Notes under the pieces: generated by a model | Told to the model about the DNA's origin: nothing | The model's database searches: none | Seen by the model: the letters and a program-made list of their open reading frames with translations, nothing else | In this document: piece after piece, positions 22,531 to 32,601 of the stretch | Position numbering within the stretch: position 1 is the stretch's first letter | Layout: every line of letters starts with the position of its first letter | Translations under genes and position numbers: made by a program | Assembly: GCA_049840735.1 (NCBI GenBank) | Contig: JASGJN010000026.1 | Coordinates: 448,001-512,000, forward strand | DNA: 64,000 bases | Direction: 5' to 3' | Origin: Anaeromyxobacter sp. | Lineage (GTDB): Bacteria; Myxococcota; Myxococcia; Myxococcales; Anaeromyxobacteraceae

Positions 22531-25500
22531 ATGTCCTCCATCTCACGGCTCACGGTCCTGACCGCCGCGCTCGCGGCGCTGGGCCTCGCCTGCTCTCGCC
22601 AGGAGGCGCAGCTCGGCGCGCCCATCCGCACGTCCGCAGCCGCCCCCATCGCCGCCGGCAACACCGGCGCCCGCACCGGCCACGTGGCGGTCGCGCTCCC
22701 CACCGGCAAGATCCTCATCGCCGGCGGTCGCGGCAGCGTCGCGGGCACGCCCCTGGCCACGGCCGAGCTGTACGACCCGACCACCGGCGCCGTCGCCGCG
22801 ACCGGCCCGCTGACCACCGCGCGCGCCGAGGCCACCGCCACGCTGCTCGCCGACGGCCGGGTGCTGGTGGCTGGCGGCCACGGCGCCGCCGGCGCGCCGC
22901 TGGCCAGCGCCGAGCTCTACGACCCGGTCGCCGGGACCTTCTCGGCGGCGGGCAGCCTGACCAGCGCCCGCGCGGGCCACACCACCACCCGGCTCTCCAG
23001 CGGCGTGGTGCTGGCGGCCGGCGGCCAGGGCGCCTCGGCGCCGCTCGCCTCCGTCGAGGCGTACAATCCGGCCACCAACCTGTGGACCGCCGCCCCCGAC
23101 CTCGCCGCCGCGCGCGTCAACCACACCGCCACGCTGCTCCCCTCCGGCGCCCTCCTGATCGCCGGCGGCGAGGGCGGCGTCCCCTCGGTCTCCGCCGAGC
23201 GGTACACCCCCGGCGCCGGCTCGGCCGCGCTGCCGGACATGGCCACGGCCCGCAGCAAGCACACCGCCACGCTGCTCCCCGGCGGCGACGTGCTGATCGC
23301 CGGCGGTGGCGACGGCGCCGGCCCCACCGCCTCCGCCGAGGTGTTCGACGGCGCCGGCTTCTCCGGCGTGGGCGACCTGAACGCCGCGCGCCTCGACGCC
23401 AGCGCCACCCTGCTCCCCGACGGCCGCGTGGTCGTGGCGGGCGGCGAGGGCGCGAGCGGCCCCCTGGACTCGATCGAGGTCTACTCCGGCACCACCTTCG
23501 GCCCCGGCGGCCTGCTGGACGCCGCCCGCACCGGCCACACCGCCACGCTGCTCCTGGACGGCCGCGTCCTGCTGGTGGGCGGCGCCGGCGCCTCGAGCGT
23601 GCTCACGCTGGCCGAGGCCGTCGCCCCGATGGGCGGCGACTGGTCCGACGCCGGGACCGTGCTGGCGGGCCGCTACGGCCACGCCTCGGTCCTCCTCCCC
23701 GACGGCCGCGTCCTGGTCACCGGCGGCGTCAATCCCTGGGGCGGCTACCTGGCCACCACCCAGCTCTACGATCCGTCCGCTGGCTGGTCCACCGCGCACT
23801 CGATGGCCAGCGCCCGCGCGTTCCACTCCGCGACGCTCCTGCCCAGCGGCCTGGTGCTGGTGGCCGGCGGCAAGGGCGGCCCGAACAACTTCCGCGACAC
23901 CGCCGAGCTGTACGACCCGGCGTCCGACACCTGGACCGCCGCGGGCTCGATGACCAGCCCGCGCTCGAACCACACCGCCACGCTGCTGGGCAACCGGCAG
24001 GTGCTCATCACCGGCGGCGAGACCGCCGGCGGCGAGCTGAACAGCGCCGAGCTCTACGACGCGACCACCGGCTTCGCGGTCACCGGCGCCATGGCCGAGG
24101 CGCGGTCGCACCACACCGCCACGCTGCTGCCCGAAGGCACGGTGCTGGTCACCGGCGGCAGCGATGGCACGCACGCAGGGCTGGCCTCCGCCGAGGTCTT
24201 CTACCCGCCGAGCAATGCCTTCGTGCAGGTCGGCAGCATGTCCGTGGGTCGCGCCTCCCACACGGCCACGGTCCTTCCGAACGGGAACGTGCTGATCGTC
24301 GGCGGGATCGACCCTGTCTCCGGTCCGCAGGCCCTCGCGGAGGTGTTCATCTCCACGGGCTTCGTGTGGGGCTCCGCCGGGACCCTGGTCACCCCGCGCG
24401 GCGATCACGCCGCCGTCCTGCAGCCCAACGGCGACCTGCTGGTCATCGGCGGCCGCGCCGGCGCGGCCGGCGGCCTGCACGACGTCGAGCGCTGGGACGC
24501 CGCCACCTCCACCTTCGAGCAGCTCCGCCCGCTCTCCAACGCGCGCCGTGACTTCACCGCCACGGTCCTGCCCGACGCCACCGTGCTGGTGGTGGGCGGC
24601 GACACCGTGGTCACCGGCAACGGCGCGGAGGTCTACGACGCGTACGCCCTCACGCCGGCCGTCTACGCGCCCACCCTGGCCGGCCCGATGCCCATCCGCG
24701 TGCCGGGCGCCCTGCTGGACCTCTCCGGCACCGGCCTCACCGGCGTCTCCGAGGGCTCCTCCGGCGCCACCACCTCCTCGGCCGTGAACCACCCCATCGC
24801 CGTCCTGGAGCGCGAGGGGAACGAGGGCGTGCTCTACGCGCCCGTCACCCGGTTCACCACCACCAGCGCCACCGTCCGCCTGCCTGGGCTGCAGCCCGGC
24901 TGGTGGTGGGTGCGGGTCTACGCCGCCGGCGTCCCGACCCGCGCCTGGCCGCTGCAGGTGCTCGATCCCTTCATCGTCGACCCGGCCACCGTGACCGTCC
25001 CGCCGCGCGGCAGCTACGCCTTCTCCGCGACCGGCGCGAGCGGCACCGGCTACGTCTGGTCCATCGCCCAGGCGGGCAGCCTCCCGGGGACCACCATCGA
25101 CGCCGCCTCCGGCGTCTACACCGCCGGCTCCACCGGCGACACCACCGACATCGTCGAGGTGGAGGACTCGAGCCACAACACCGCCCAGGCGGTGGTGACG
25201 GTGGGCCCAGGCGTCTCCATCACCCCGGCCGACCCGCAGGTCCCGCCGCGCGGCTCGGTGGCCTTCTCGGCCGCCGGCGGCTCCGGCGCCGGTTTCCAGT
25301 GGGCCATCGCCACCAACCTGTCCGGCGGCGCCATCGACGCCGCCTCGGGCGCCTACACCGCCGGCGCGAGCGGCGGCGTGACGGACGTGGTCCAGGTGAC
25401 CGACTCGCTCGGCAACATCGCCACCACCACCGTGCGCGTCACCACCGCGCTCGAGATCAGCCCGACCGAGGCCGACACCACCCCGCTCGGCACCGTCACC

Positions 25501-27675
25501 TTCACCGCCAGCGGCGGCAGCGGCGAGGGCATCACCTGGTCGGTCTCCACCAACGCCTCCGGCGGCTCGATCGCAGGCGGCGTCTACACCGCCGGCCGCA
25601 CCGGCAGCGTGGACGACGTGGTCCGCGTGACCGACTCGGTGGGCAACGTCGCCGAGGCCGTCGTCCACGTCAGCGCCGGCATCAGCATCACCCCGCCCGG
25701 CACCACCGTGGCGCCGGGCGCCGGCGCCGCCTTCACCGCCACGGGCGGGACCGACACCGGCTTCGTCTGGGCCCTGACCACCAACGGCTCCGGCGGCACC
25801 ATCGACGCCGCCACCGGCGCCTACGTCGCCGGCACCGCCAACGGCCCGCGCGGCCAGGTCACCGACGTGGTCACCGTGACCGACTCGCTGGGCAACCTCG
25901 CCAGCGTCAACGTGACGGTCACCCCCGGCATCACCATCTCGCCGGCCAACCCCGGCGCCCACCCCGGCGAGTCCATCACCCTCACCGCCAGCGGCGGCAG
26001 CAACGCCGGCTACACCTGGACCACCGTCACCAGCACCTCCGGCGGCGGCGTCACCGCCGGCGGCGTCTACACCGGCGGCACGCAGCCCGGCACGGTGGAC
26101 GTGGTCCGCGTGACCGACTCGCTCGGCAACACCGCCGAGGTCGAGGTGGTGGTCTACCCCGAGTGGAAGGCCACCGGCTCCGGCTGCACCTCGTCCGGCG
26201 GCAGCTCGGGCGGCCTGGCCCTGGCGCTGATGGGCCTGCTGCTGGCGCTCCGCGCCGGCCGGCGGTCCTCCCGCTCCTTTCGCAAGGGCGCGGCGGCGCT
26301 GATCCTGATCGGCGCCGCGGCCACCGCCCAGGCGCAGGAGGCCTCCCGCGCCTTCGTCGTGCAGCGCTTCCAGCCCTCCGGCGGCGCGTACGACGTGCTG
26401 GGCGTGGAGTCGGCCCAGACGCCCGGCCACCTGAAGTTCAGCGGGCAGCTCTGGCTCAACTACGCCAGCCGCCCGCTGGTGCTGGTGGCGCCGAACATGG
26501 AGGACGTGGCGCTGGTGAAGAGCCAGACCGGCATCGACCTGGCGCTGTCGCTGGGCCTGACCGACTGGGCCGAGGTGTCGGTGGTCGCGGCGGGCGTGCT
26601 CGACCAGACCAGCGAGACCAACCGCTTCGTGCCGCCGCAGCTGGCGGCCGACCTGACCAGCCCCGGCTTCTCCGACCTGCGCCTCATCCCCAAGGCCCGG
26701 CTGCTGGACTGGAAGGGCCTCCGGCTGGGCGTGTCCGTCCCGGTGACCTTCCCCACCGGCGACGCCGACTCCTACCTGGGCCACGACGCCGTCACCTTCG
26801 CGCCGCGCGCCCTGGTCGAGGTGGACACGCTCCCCTGGCTGCGCCTGCTCCTCAACGGCGGCGCCGTCATCCGCGAGGATCGCCAGCTGGTGAACCTCAC
26901 CGTCGGCAACGCCTGGACCTACGGCGTCGGCGCCGAGGTGCCGTTCATGGTCGGGCAGCAGCGCCTGTCCGCCATCGGCAGCCTGGCCGGTGAGATTGGG
27001 ATGGACGACTCGTCCGCCCAGGCCAGGCCGCTGGAGGCGCTGGCCGGCCTGAAGTGGCTGCACCGGTCCGGCCTGTCGCTGGCCGCCGGCGGCGGCCCCG
27101 GCATCGGCGAGGGCTACGGCACGCCCGAGTACCGCGTCTTCTTCCAGCTGGGCTGGACCAACGCCAATCCGAAGCGGTCCGGCTACACGCCGCCGCCTCC
27201 GCCGCCGCCCGCGCCGAAGGAGGAGCTGAAGAAGGAAGAGCCGAAGAAGGAGGAGCCCAAGGCCGAGCCCACGCCTCCGCCGCCCCCGCCGCCGGTCGTC
27301 ACCCCGCCGCCCGCCGAGGAGCAGGAGGAGGAGCTGCGGATCGACACCCGCATCTACTTCGGCTTCAACAAGAAGGACCTCAAGCCCGAGTACCAGAAGA
27401 CGCTGGCCGAGCTGGCCCAGGTCATCGCCTCCGACCCGCGCTACCGCCACATCCGGATCGAGGGCCACGCCGACGACCTCGGCGCCGAGGAGTACAACCA
27501 GTGGCTCTCTGAGCAGCGCGCCCAGACGGTGAAGAAGTACCTGGTGAAGCACGGCGTCGACCCGAGCCGCATCGAGGTGATCGGCTACGGCAACCGCCGC
27601 CCGTCCGAGCCCGGCAAGACCAAGTCCACCCGCGCCAAGAACCGCCGCGTCGAGTTCGGGGTCAGCTCGCACTAA
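22531..27675 (+). CDS. 1714-aa surface protein: lipoprotein signal, 14 kelch blades, 5 Ig-like repeats, internal MYXO-CTERM-like motif, second signal peptide, OM beta-barrel, Pro-rich linker, OmpA C-terminal domain
   Basis: LGLAC21. 14 repeats of R..HTATLL..G.VL..GG..AELYD. Five ~80-aa F.A.GG...W....G.YTAG...DVV.VTDS.GN repeats. GSGC-x-hydrophobic-RAGRR. EGHAD..N..LS..RA..NRRVEF. Confidence 0.85.
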   Translation: MSSISRLTVLTAALAALGLACSRQEAQLGAPIRTSAAAPIAAGNTGARTGHVAVALPTGKILIAGGRGSVAGTPLATAELYDPTTGAVAATGPLTTARAEATATLLADGRVLVAGGHGAAGAPLASAELYDPVAGTFSAAGSLTSARAGHTTTRLSSGVVLAAGGQGASAPLASVEAYNPATNLWTAAPDLAAARVNHTATLLPSGALLIAGGEGGVPSVSAERYTPGAGSAALPDMATARSKHTATLLPGGDVLIAGGGDGAGPTASAEVFDGAGFSGVGDLNAARLDASATLLPDGRVVVAGGEGASGPLDSIEVYSGTTFGPGGLLDAARTGHTATLLLDGRVLLVGGAGASSVLTLAEAVAPMGGDWSDAGTVLAGRYGHASVLLPDGRVLVTGGVNPWGGYLATTQLYDPSAGWSTAHSMASARAFHSATLLPSGLVLVAGGKGGPNNFRDTAELYDPASDTWTAAGSMTSPRSNHTATLLGNRQVLITGGETAGGELNSAELYDATTGFAVTGAMAEARSHHTATLLPEGTVLVTGGSDGTHAGLASAEVFYPPSNAFVQVGSMSVGRASHTATVLPNGNVLIVGGIDPVSGPQALAEVFISTGFVWGSAGTLVTPRGDHAAVLQPNGDLLVIGGRAGAAGGLHDVERWDAATSTFEQLRPLSNARRDFTATVLPDATVLVVGGDTVVTGNGAEVYDAYALTPAVYAPTLAGPMPIRVPGALLDLSGTGLTGVSEGSSGATTSSAVNHPIAVLEREGNEGVLYAPVTRFTTTSATVRLPGLQPGWWWVRVYAAGVPTRAWPLQVLDPFIVDPATVTVPPRGSYAFSATGASGTGYVWSIAQAGSLPGTTIDAASGVYTAGSTGDTTDIVEVEDSSHNTAQAVVTVGPGVSITPADPQVPPRGSVAFSAAGGSGAGFQWAIATNLSGGAIDAASGAYTAGASGGVTDVVQVTDSLGNIATTTVRVTTALEISPTEADTTPLGTVTFTASGGSGEGITWSVSTNASGGSIAGGVYTAGRTGSVDDVVRVTDSVGNVAEAVVHVSAGISITPPGTTVAPGAGAAFTATGGTDTGFVWALTTNGSGGTIDAATGAYVAGTANGPRGQVTDVVTVTDSLGNLASVNVTVTPGITISPANPGAHPGESITLTASGGSNAGYTWTTVTSTSGGGVTAGGVYTGGTQPGTVDVVRVTDSLGNTAEVEVVVYPEWKATGSGCTSSGGSSGGLALALMGLLLALRAGRRSSRSFRKGAAALILIGAAATAQAQEASRAFVVQRFQPSGGAYDVLGVESAQTPGHLKFSGQLWLNYASRPLVLVAPNMEDVALVKSQTGIDLALSLGLTDWAEVSVVAAGVLDQTSETNRFVPPQLAADLTSPGFSDLRLIPKARLLDWKGLRLGVSVPVTFPTGDADSYLGHDAVTFAPRALVEVDTLPWLRLLLNGGAVIREDRQLVNLTVGNAWTYGVGAEVPFMVGQQRLSAIGSLAGEIGMDDSSAQARPLEALAGLKWLHRSGLSLAAGGGPGIGEGYGTPEYRVFFQLGWTNANPKRSGYTPPPPPPPAPKEELKKEEPKKEEPKAEPTPPPPPPPVVTPPPAEEQEEELRIDTRIYFGFNKKDLKPEYQKTLAELAQVIASDPRYRHIRIEGHADDLGAEEYNQWLSEQRAQTVKKYLVKHGVDPSRIEVIGYGNRRPSEPGKTKSTRAKNRRVEFGVSSH

Positions 27676-27741
27676 CCGTTCGGGCCGGCGCCGCCGGCCC
27701 GAACCTCCGGTCCCGAACCCGGAGACGCTGCGCAACAAACC

Positions 27742-27782
27742 AGGCCCGGTCACCTTCCGAGGTGGCCGGGCCTTTCTGTTGT
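27742..27782 (+). terminator. Intrinsic terminator after the kelch/OmpA gene
   Basis: AGGCCCGGTCACCT-TCCG-AGGTGGCCGGGCCT stem followed by TTCTGTTGT. Confidence 0.7.
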
Positions 27783-27840
27783 CCCCGGCTCACCCAGCGC
27801 CACGTGACCAAGCCGCCTGCCCCCCCGTCGCAGTCCCCCC

Positions 27841-27972
27841 CGTCCCCGTCCCTCCCCTCCCTGCGCCCGGCACCGCTCCCCCTGTCCCCGTCCCCGTCCC
27901 TCCCCTCCCTGCGCCCGGCACCGCTCCCCCTGTCCCCGTCCCCGTCCCTCCCCCCCTGCGCCCGGCACCGCT
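27841..27972. repeat. 48-bp C-rich tandem repeat, ~2.7 copies
   Basis: Unit CGTCCCCGTCCCTCCCCTCCCTGCGCCCGGCACCGCTCCCCCTGTCCC starts at 27841, 27889 and 27937. Confidence 0.9.
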
Positions 27973-28283
27973 TCCAAGGCGCTGCTCGCAGCTCATACGA
28001 ACTCCGCCCACTGGCCGGCAGCTCCACACTTCGAGGCAACCCCGGTCAACTATCGCCGGCGATAGCTCGAGTGGGGCGCGAACAGTGCAGTGTTGACGCG
28101 AGCAGATCGCCGTTGACTGGCCGTGATCAGGGCCGCCCGACGAAGCTCCGCCTCGCTTCATCGACCCCGGCTGATGCACCCCGTCCCGCCCTGGCAACTT
28201 GATTCGGGCGGATGATGTCACGCGCCTCGCAGTGCCGTACCACCCAGGCGCCGCCCGTCCGGTCAGCGCCCAGCACAGTCTGT

Positions 28284-28312
28284 CCGCGGTTCGACAGGCT
28301 CACCGCGAACGG
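28284..28312 (-). repeat. REP-like palindromic element (short variant)
   Basis: Minus strand CCGTTCGCGGTGAGCCTGTCGAACCGCGG shares the CCGTTCG..TGAGC..GTCGAA frame with the other copies. Confidence 0.55.
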
Positions 28313-28505
28313 ATGGCGCCACCTCGCTGCACCCAGCGCCCGCACTCACACCTGACTGTCAGCGCTGTCGTGCCTGGCTCCGCCAAGGCCCACGCCCCAC
28401 TTCCCCCCCAGTCCCAAGCCCCCCAACTCCTCCCCTCAGCAGCGCACCGCCCTCGGCGCGGGGGCAGGGCCCCCCGCGCTCCGTACCGCCGGCAGGCCCA
28501 TACCG

Positions 28506-28745
28506 CCGGCAGCCCCCACGCCGGCAGCCCCCACGCCGGCAGCCCCCACGCCGGCAGCCCTCACGCCGGCAGCCCCCACTCCGGCAGCCCCCACTCCGGC
28601 AGCCCCCACTCCGGCAGCCCCCACTCCGGCAGCCCCCACTCCGGCAGCCCCCACTCCGGCAGCCCCCACTCCGGCAGCCCCCACTCCGGCAGCCCCCACT
28701 CCGGCAGCCCCTCACTCCGGCAGCCCCTCACTCCTGCAGCCCCCT
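28506..28745. repeat. 15-bp tandem repeat (VNTR) CCGGCAGCCCCCAC(G/T), 13 copies plus 2-3 degenerate 16-bp copies
   Basis: Units start every 15 bp from 28506 to 28686, then at 28701, 28717 and 28733. No spacers. Confidence 0.95.
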
Positions 28746-28869
28746 CCCGCCCCCCCCACTCCGGCACCGCATCCCCCGCCCGCGCAACCAACACCCCCCA
28801 TCTCAGACAGCTCGACCCGGCCCCCTCGCGGAGGCCGGGCCGAAAACCCGCAAGCAACGGAGTCGGTGC

Positions 28870-30567
28870 CTACCTGAGCCGCCAGATCCCGCTCCCCCGC
28901 CCCGGCAGCGTGGCCCGCCAGCCGGTGCCGGACTTCACCAGCCTCCCCTTCCCATCCACCAGCAGCTTCTCCGCCGCGGCCGCGGTCACCTCCAGCACCC
29001 CGGTGTCCACCGGCCGGCTGCCCAGGTTGTGCACCACCAGCACCGTCTCGTCGCCGGCGCGGCGGAGGAACGCCACCACTGTCCCGCGCCCCTCCGGCAC
29101 CGTGAGCAGCTGCAGGTCGCCGCGGGAGAGCGCGGCCGAGGCGTGCCGCACGCGGATGAGCGTGCGGTAGCGCGAGAGGACGGACTTCGGGTCCTTCGTC
29201 TCCCTGGCCACGTTGGCCTTGTCGGCGCCGGGCGCGAAGTCCTCCCACGCCTCCGAGGCGGCGGTGAAGCCGTGCGTGGGCGTGGCGTCCCAGGGCATGG
29301 GCGTCCGCTTCTCCTCGTCCTGGTCGCCCTCGCCGTTCTCCATCCCCAGCTCCTCGCCGTAGTAGATGAACGGGGAGCCGGGGAGGGTGAGCAGCAGCGA
29401 GCCGGCCAGCTTCAGCTTCTCGGTGTTGCCCAGCACCAGCGAGCCGAGTCGGCGCTGGTCGTGGTTGGTGAGGAAGGGGGCATCCACCGCGCCCTTCGGA
29501 TACGCGGCCTGGACGGCCTGCAGCGTCGAGACCAGGTCGTCGGCCCGGCCGCCCGCGGCGGCGCTGGCCAGCGCGGTGGCCAGCGGGAAGTCGAAGAGCA
29601 GCTGCAGCTCCTCGCGCGCGTCGCTGCCGTAGTAGGGCGCGATGTCGTCGGTGGTGGACCAGACCTCGCCCACCAGCGCCGCGTCGGGGCGAACGGTCCG
29701 GACGGCGGCGCTGAACTCCTTCAGGTAGACGTGGGTCTCGGGCAGGTCGGCCTGCGTCTCGGTCTTCTCGTCCTCCATCAGGTAGCGGATGGCGTCGAGC
29801 CGGAACCCGTCCACGCCCTGGTCCAGCCAGAACCGGGCGATGCGCTTGGCCTCCTCGCGCACCTCCGGGTTGCGGTAGTCGAGGTCGGGCATGCCGCCCC
29901 AGAACACGCCGTAGAAGTAGGCGCCCTTGCGCTGGTGCCAGACCTTGCCGGAGGGATCCCACGGCTGCCCCCAGTCCGGATCGTCCTGCCGCCAGACGTA
30001 CCAGCCGCGCTTCGGGCTGTCCGGCGAGGAGGCCGACTCGCGGAACCAGGGGTGGACCTCGGAGGTGTGGTTGAGCACCAGGTCCACGATCACCTTGAGG
30101 CCGCGCTTGTGGGCCTCCGCCAGCAGCCGCTGGAAGTCGGCGTTGGTGCCGTAGTCCTTCTCGATCTTCTCGTAGTCCACCACGTCGTAGCCGTGGTAGC
30201 TGGGCGACTCGAAGACCGGCATGAGCCACAGCGCGTCCACGCCCAGGTCGGTGGTGGTGGCCGGGTTGCCGTCGTTCAGGTAGTCGAGGCGCGAGATGAG
30301 CCCCTGCAGATCGCCCTTGCCGTCCTTGCCGCTGTCCTGGAAGGAGCGGACGAAGACCTCGTAGAAGACGGCTCCCTTCCACCATGGGTTCTCGCCGGCA
30401 GACGGCGGCGGCGGAGGCGGGGGAGGCGGGGGAGGAGGCGGCGGCTTCGGTGCCTCGGCCACCGGCGCGGTCGCGGGCGGCGGCGCGGGGGGCGGCTGGG
30501 ACGGCTTGGGCGGCGCGCTGGCGCAGCCGGCGACGAGGCTGAGCAGCAGGGCGAGGGAGCGGCGCAT
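28870..30567 (-). CDS. GH13 alpha-amylase-family lipoprotein with poly-Pro linker
   Basis: Lipobox VAGC, Pro-rich stalk, [51 protein letters not shown]. Confidence 0.9.
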   Translation of the reverse strand: MRRSLALLLSLVAGCASAPPKPSQPPPAPPPATAPVAEAPKPPPPPPPPPPPPPPSAGENPWWKGAVFYEVFVRSFQDSGKDGKGDLQGLISRLDYLNDGNPATTTDLGVDALWLMPVFESPSYHGYDVVDYEKIEKDYGTNADFQRLLAEAHKRGLKVIVDLVLNHTSEVHPWFRESASSPDSPKRGWYVWRQDDPDWGQPWDPSGKVWHQRKGAYFYGVFWGGMPDLDYRNPEVREEAKRIARFWLDQGVDGFRLDAIRYLMEDEKTETQADLPETHVYLKEFSAAVRTVRPDAALVGEVWSTTDDIAPYYGSDAREELQLLFDFPLATALASAAAGGRADDLVSTLQAVQAAYPKGAVDAPFLTNHDQRRLGSLVLGNTEKLKLAGSLLLTLPGSPFIYYGEELGMENGEGDQDEEKRTPMPWDATPTHGFTAASEAWEDFAPGADKANVARETKDPKSVLSRYRTLIRVRHASAALSRGDLQLLTVPEGRGTVVAFLRRAGDETVLVVHNLGSRPVDTGVLEVTAAAAEKLLVDGKGRLVKSGTGWRATLPGRGSGIWRLR

Positions 30568-30623
30568 GGGACCTCCTGTGGGAGGCGGACTCTAGCCCGC
30601 GCCCGCCGCCGGCGCGAGCGTCC

Positions 30624-31275
30624 TCACCGCCGCGCTGCGTGCGCCGCGCGGACGCAGCGGGCCAGCGCCTCGGCCCGGTCGCGCAGGTCGCTGCTCCACG
30701 CCAGCGGCCGGAACGGATCGGTGGCCAGCGCGAACCAGTAGAACCCCAGGCCCGCGCCCTGGTCCGACCCCTCCAGCCCCTCGATCAGCAGGTCGGGATT
30801 GCGCAGCTCGATCCCGCTGGTCTGCCAGAGCACCTCGAGATAGGCGGCGCGCTGCTCGCGGCAGGCCTCCGCCGGCGTGGGGGCGGGGGCAGCGTCCGGG
30901 CCGCTCCACCCGGCCGGAGCGGAGGCCGGAGGCGGGGGCCCGCCCGCGCGGGCCACCAGGTAGGGCGCCACCGACGCGGCCGGGACCACCGAGAAGGAGC
31001 CGGTTCTCGCGGTCCTCGGGGCCGGCCTCCTCCACGCGGAACCAGCCCTCGGGCAGGTCCACCCGCTGCCCCACCTTCACCTCGCGCCCGAGCACCTCGA
31101 CCCGGACGTTGTCCACCTGGATGCGTCCCTCGGCCCTGGGCGCCGCCGTGGCCACCGCGGCGGGTGCCGACCCGGGTGCCGCCGGCGCCGGCTCGGTCTG
31201 GGCCGCGGCCGGCCGGGTGGCGGCGACGGCCAGCGTGAGGACCAGGGCACGGAGCAGCGCGGACGGGCGGGGCAT
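30624..31275 (-). CDS. Hypothetical secreted protein (apparent frameshift ~31004)
   Basis: Signal-peptide-like start (..RPAAA/Q) in ORF 30592..31281 joins ORF 30624..30989 if GAGAACC is read as GAGACC. The product has a Cys pair. Confidence 0.55.
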
Positions 31276-31397
31276 GGGCACCTCCAGCGCAGAACATCGT
31301 CAGGTGGCCGAGCGGGCGCAAGCCACCGGCCCGCGAGGCGCAACGACATCCTGCCCCGTTTCGGCTACGAGGGAGAAGATCGTCAACGGAGGCCGTC

Positions 31398-32342
31398 ATG
31401 CGGGTCGCGATCGTGGGGGCAGGCGGGGTCGGTGGGCTCCTGGCGGCGCTCCTCTCCCGCGCCGGGGAGGACGTGGCGGTGGTCTCGCGCGGCGCCACGC
31501 TGGACGCGCTGCGCGCCCGCGGCCTGGCGCTGGACTCGCCGCTGGGGCGCTTCACCTGCCGGCCCGACGCGGCGGAGGACCCGGCGGCGCTGGGGGTCGC
31601 CGACGCGGTGCTGGTGGCGGTGAAGGCCTGGCAGGTGGCGGAGCTGGCGCCGCGGCTGCGGCCGCTGGTGGGATCGGAGACGGTGGTGGTGCCGCTGCAG
31701 AACGGCGTGGAGGCGCCGGAGCGGCTGGCGGCGGCGCTGGGGTCGGCGGTGGCGGGCGCGACCATCCACGTGCTGGCCTGGCAGGTGGGGCCGGCGCAGG
31801 TGCGCCACGGCGGTTACCCGCCGCGCGTGACCCTGGGCGCGCGCGGGCAGGCGGCGCTGGCGCCGCGGCTGGCGCGCCTGGCGGACGCGCTGCAGCGCGC
31901 CGGGGTGGGCGCGAAGGTGGTCGAGGACGTGGACCGCGCGCTCTGGGAGAAGCTGATGCTGGTGGAGCCCTGGGGCGCGGTGGGGGCCGCGGCCCGGGCG
32001 CCGGTGGGCGTGCTGTGCAGCGTGGCGCCCACGCGCGCGCTGCTGCGCGGCGCCATCGGCGAGGTCGGGGCGGTGGCCCGCGCGCGCGGGGTGGCGCTGC
32101 CGGAGGGGGTGGAGGACGCCACCCTGGCGGCGCTGGAGGCCATCACGCCCGAGGCCACGGTCTCGATGCAGCGCGACCTGGGGCAGGGCCTGCGCTCGGA
32201 GCTGGACGACCAGACCGGCGCGGTGGTGCGGCTCGCCGGGCCGGCCGGGGTGCCGGTCCCGATCCACGCCGCCCTCCACGCCGCCCTCGCGCCCCAGGCC
32301 TGGGCGGCCTTCGGCCGGATCCCTGCCTTCCCTCGGACGTGA
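31398..32342 (+). CDS. panE: 2-dehydropantoate 2-reductase
   Basis: GAGGVGG, VAVKAW, PLQNG, WEKL, SMQRD, SELD. Confidence 0.9.
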   Translation: MRVAIVGAGGVGGLLAALLSRAGEDVAVVSRGATLDALRARGLALDSPLGRFTCRPDAAEDPAALGVADAVLVAVKAWQVAELAPRLRPLVGSETVVVPLQNGVEAPERLAAALGSAVAGATIHVLAWQVGPAQVRHGGYPPRVTLGARGQAALAPRLARLADALQRAGVGAKVVEDVDRALWEKLMLVEPWGAVGAAARAPVGVLCSVAPTRALLRGAIGEVGAVARARGVALPEGVEDATLAALEAITPEATVSMQRDLGQGLRSELDDQTGAVVRLAGPAGVPVPIHAALHAALAPQAWAAFGRIPAFPRT

Positions 32343-32601
32343 GTTTCTCCACACCGCAGAAGATCTCGACGGTCGGGCCCCCTGCGCGCCAAGCTGCGGG
32401 AATCCATGCTGTTTTCGGGGTGCCCGGCACCAGCAGGTGCTGAGCCCCTCCACGCGTCCGGGCGCCGCGCGGGGCTTATCCCCCCGGGAACATTCGCCCC
32501 GGCGCCTGGCCCGGCGCTTGCCCTTGTGGCGGTTGGGCCACCCCCGCTGATGCGCCGCTCCCGCCCGGAGCGGCCGGCGGCCCGGGCCCGGGAGACGAGC
32601 C

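Noticed and set aside
22543..27753. 1736-aa antisense ORF and other long shadow ORFs (e.g. 2267..6172, 6493..8091, 11880..13133, 38875..41070)
   Set aside because: Typical stop-poor antisense or alternate frames of high-GC3 genes. Low-complexity R/G/A/H/V composition and no motifs.
28506..28745. CRISPR array
   Set aside because: Head-to-tail 15-bp units with no unique spacers, and no cas genes in the window.
28199..29170. ORF with GSPH(A/S) pentapeptide repeats (and antisense GLPEW/GAAGV/GCRSG ORFs)
   Set aside because: Open frames are a by-product of a stop-free 15-bp repeat. TTG start, no codon bias, overlaps the GH13 gene, and the terminal 16-bp units break the frame.
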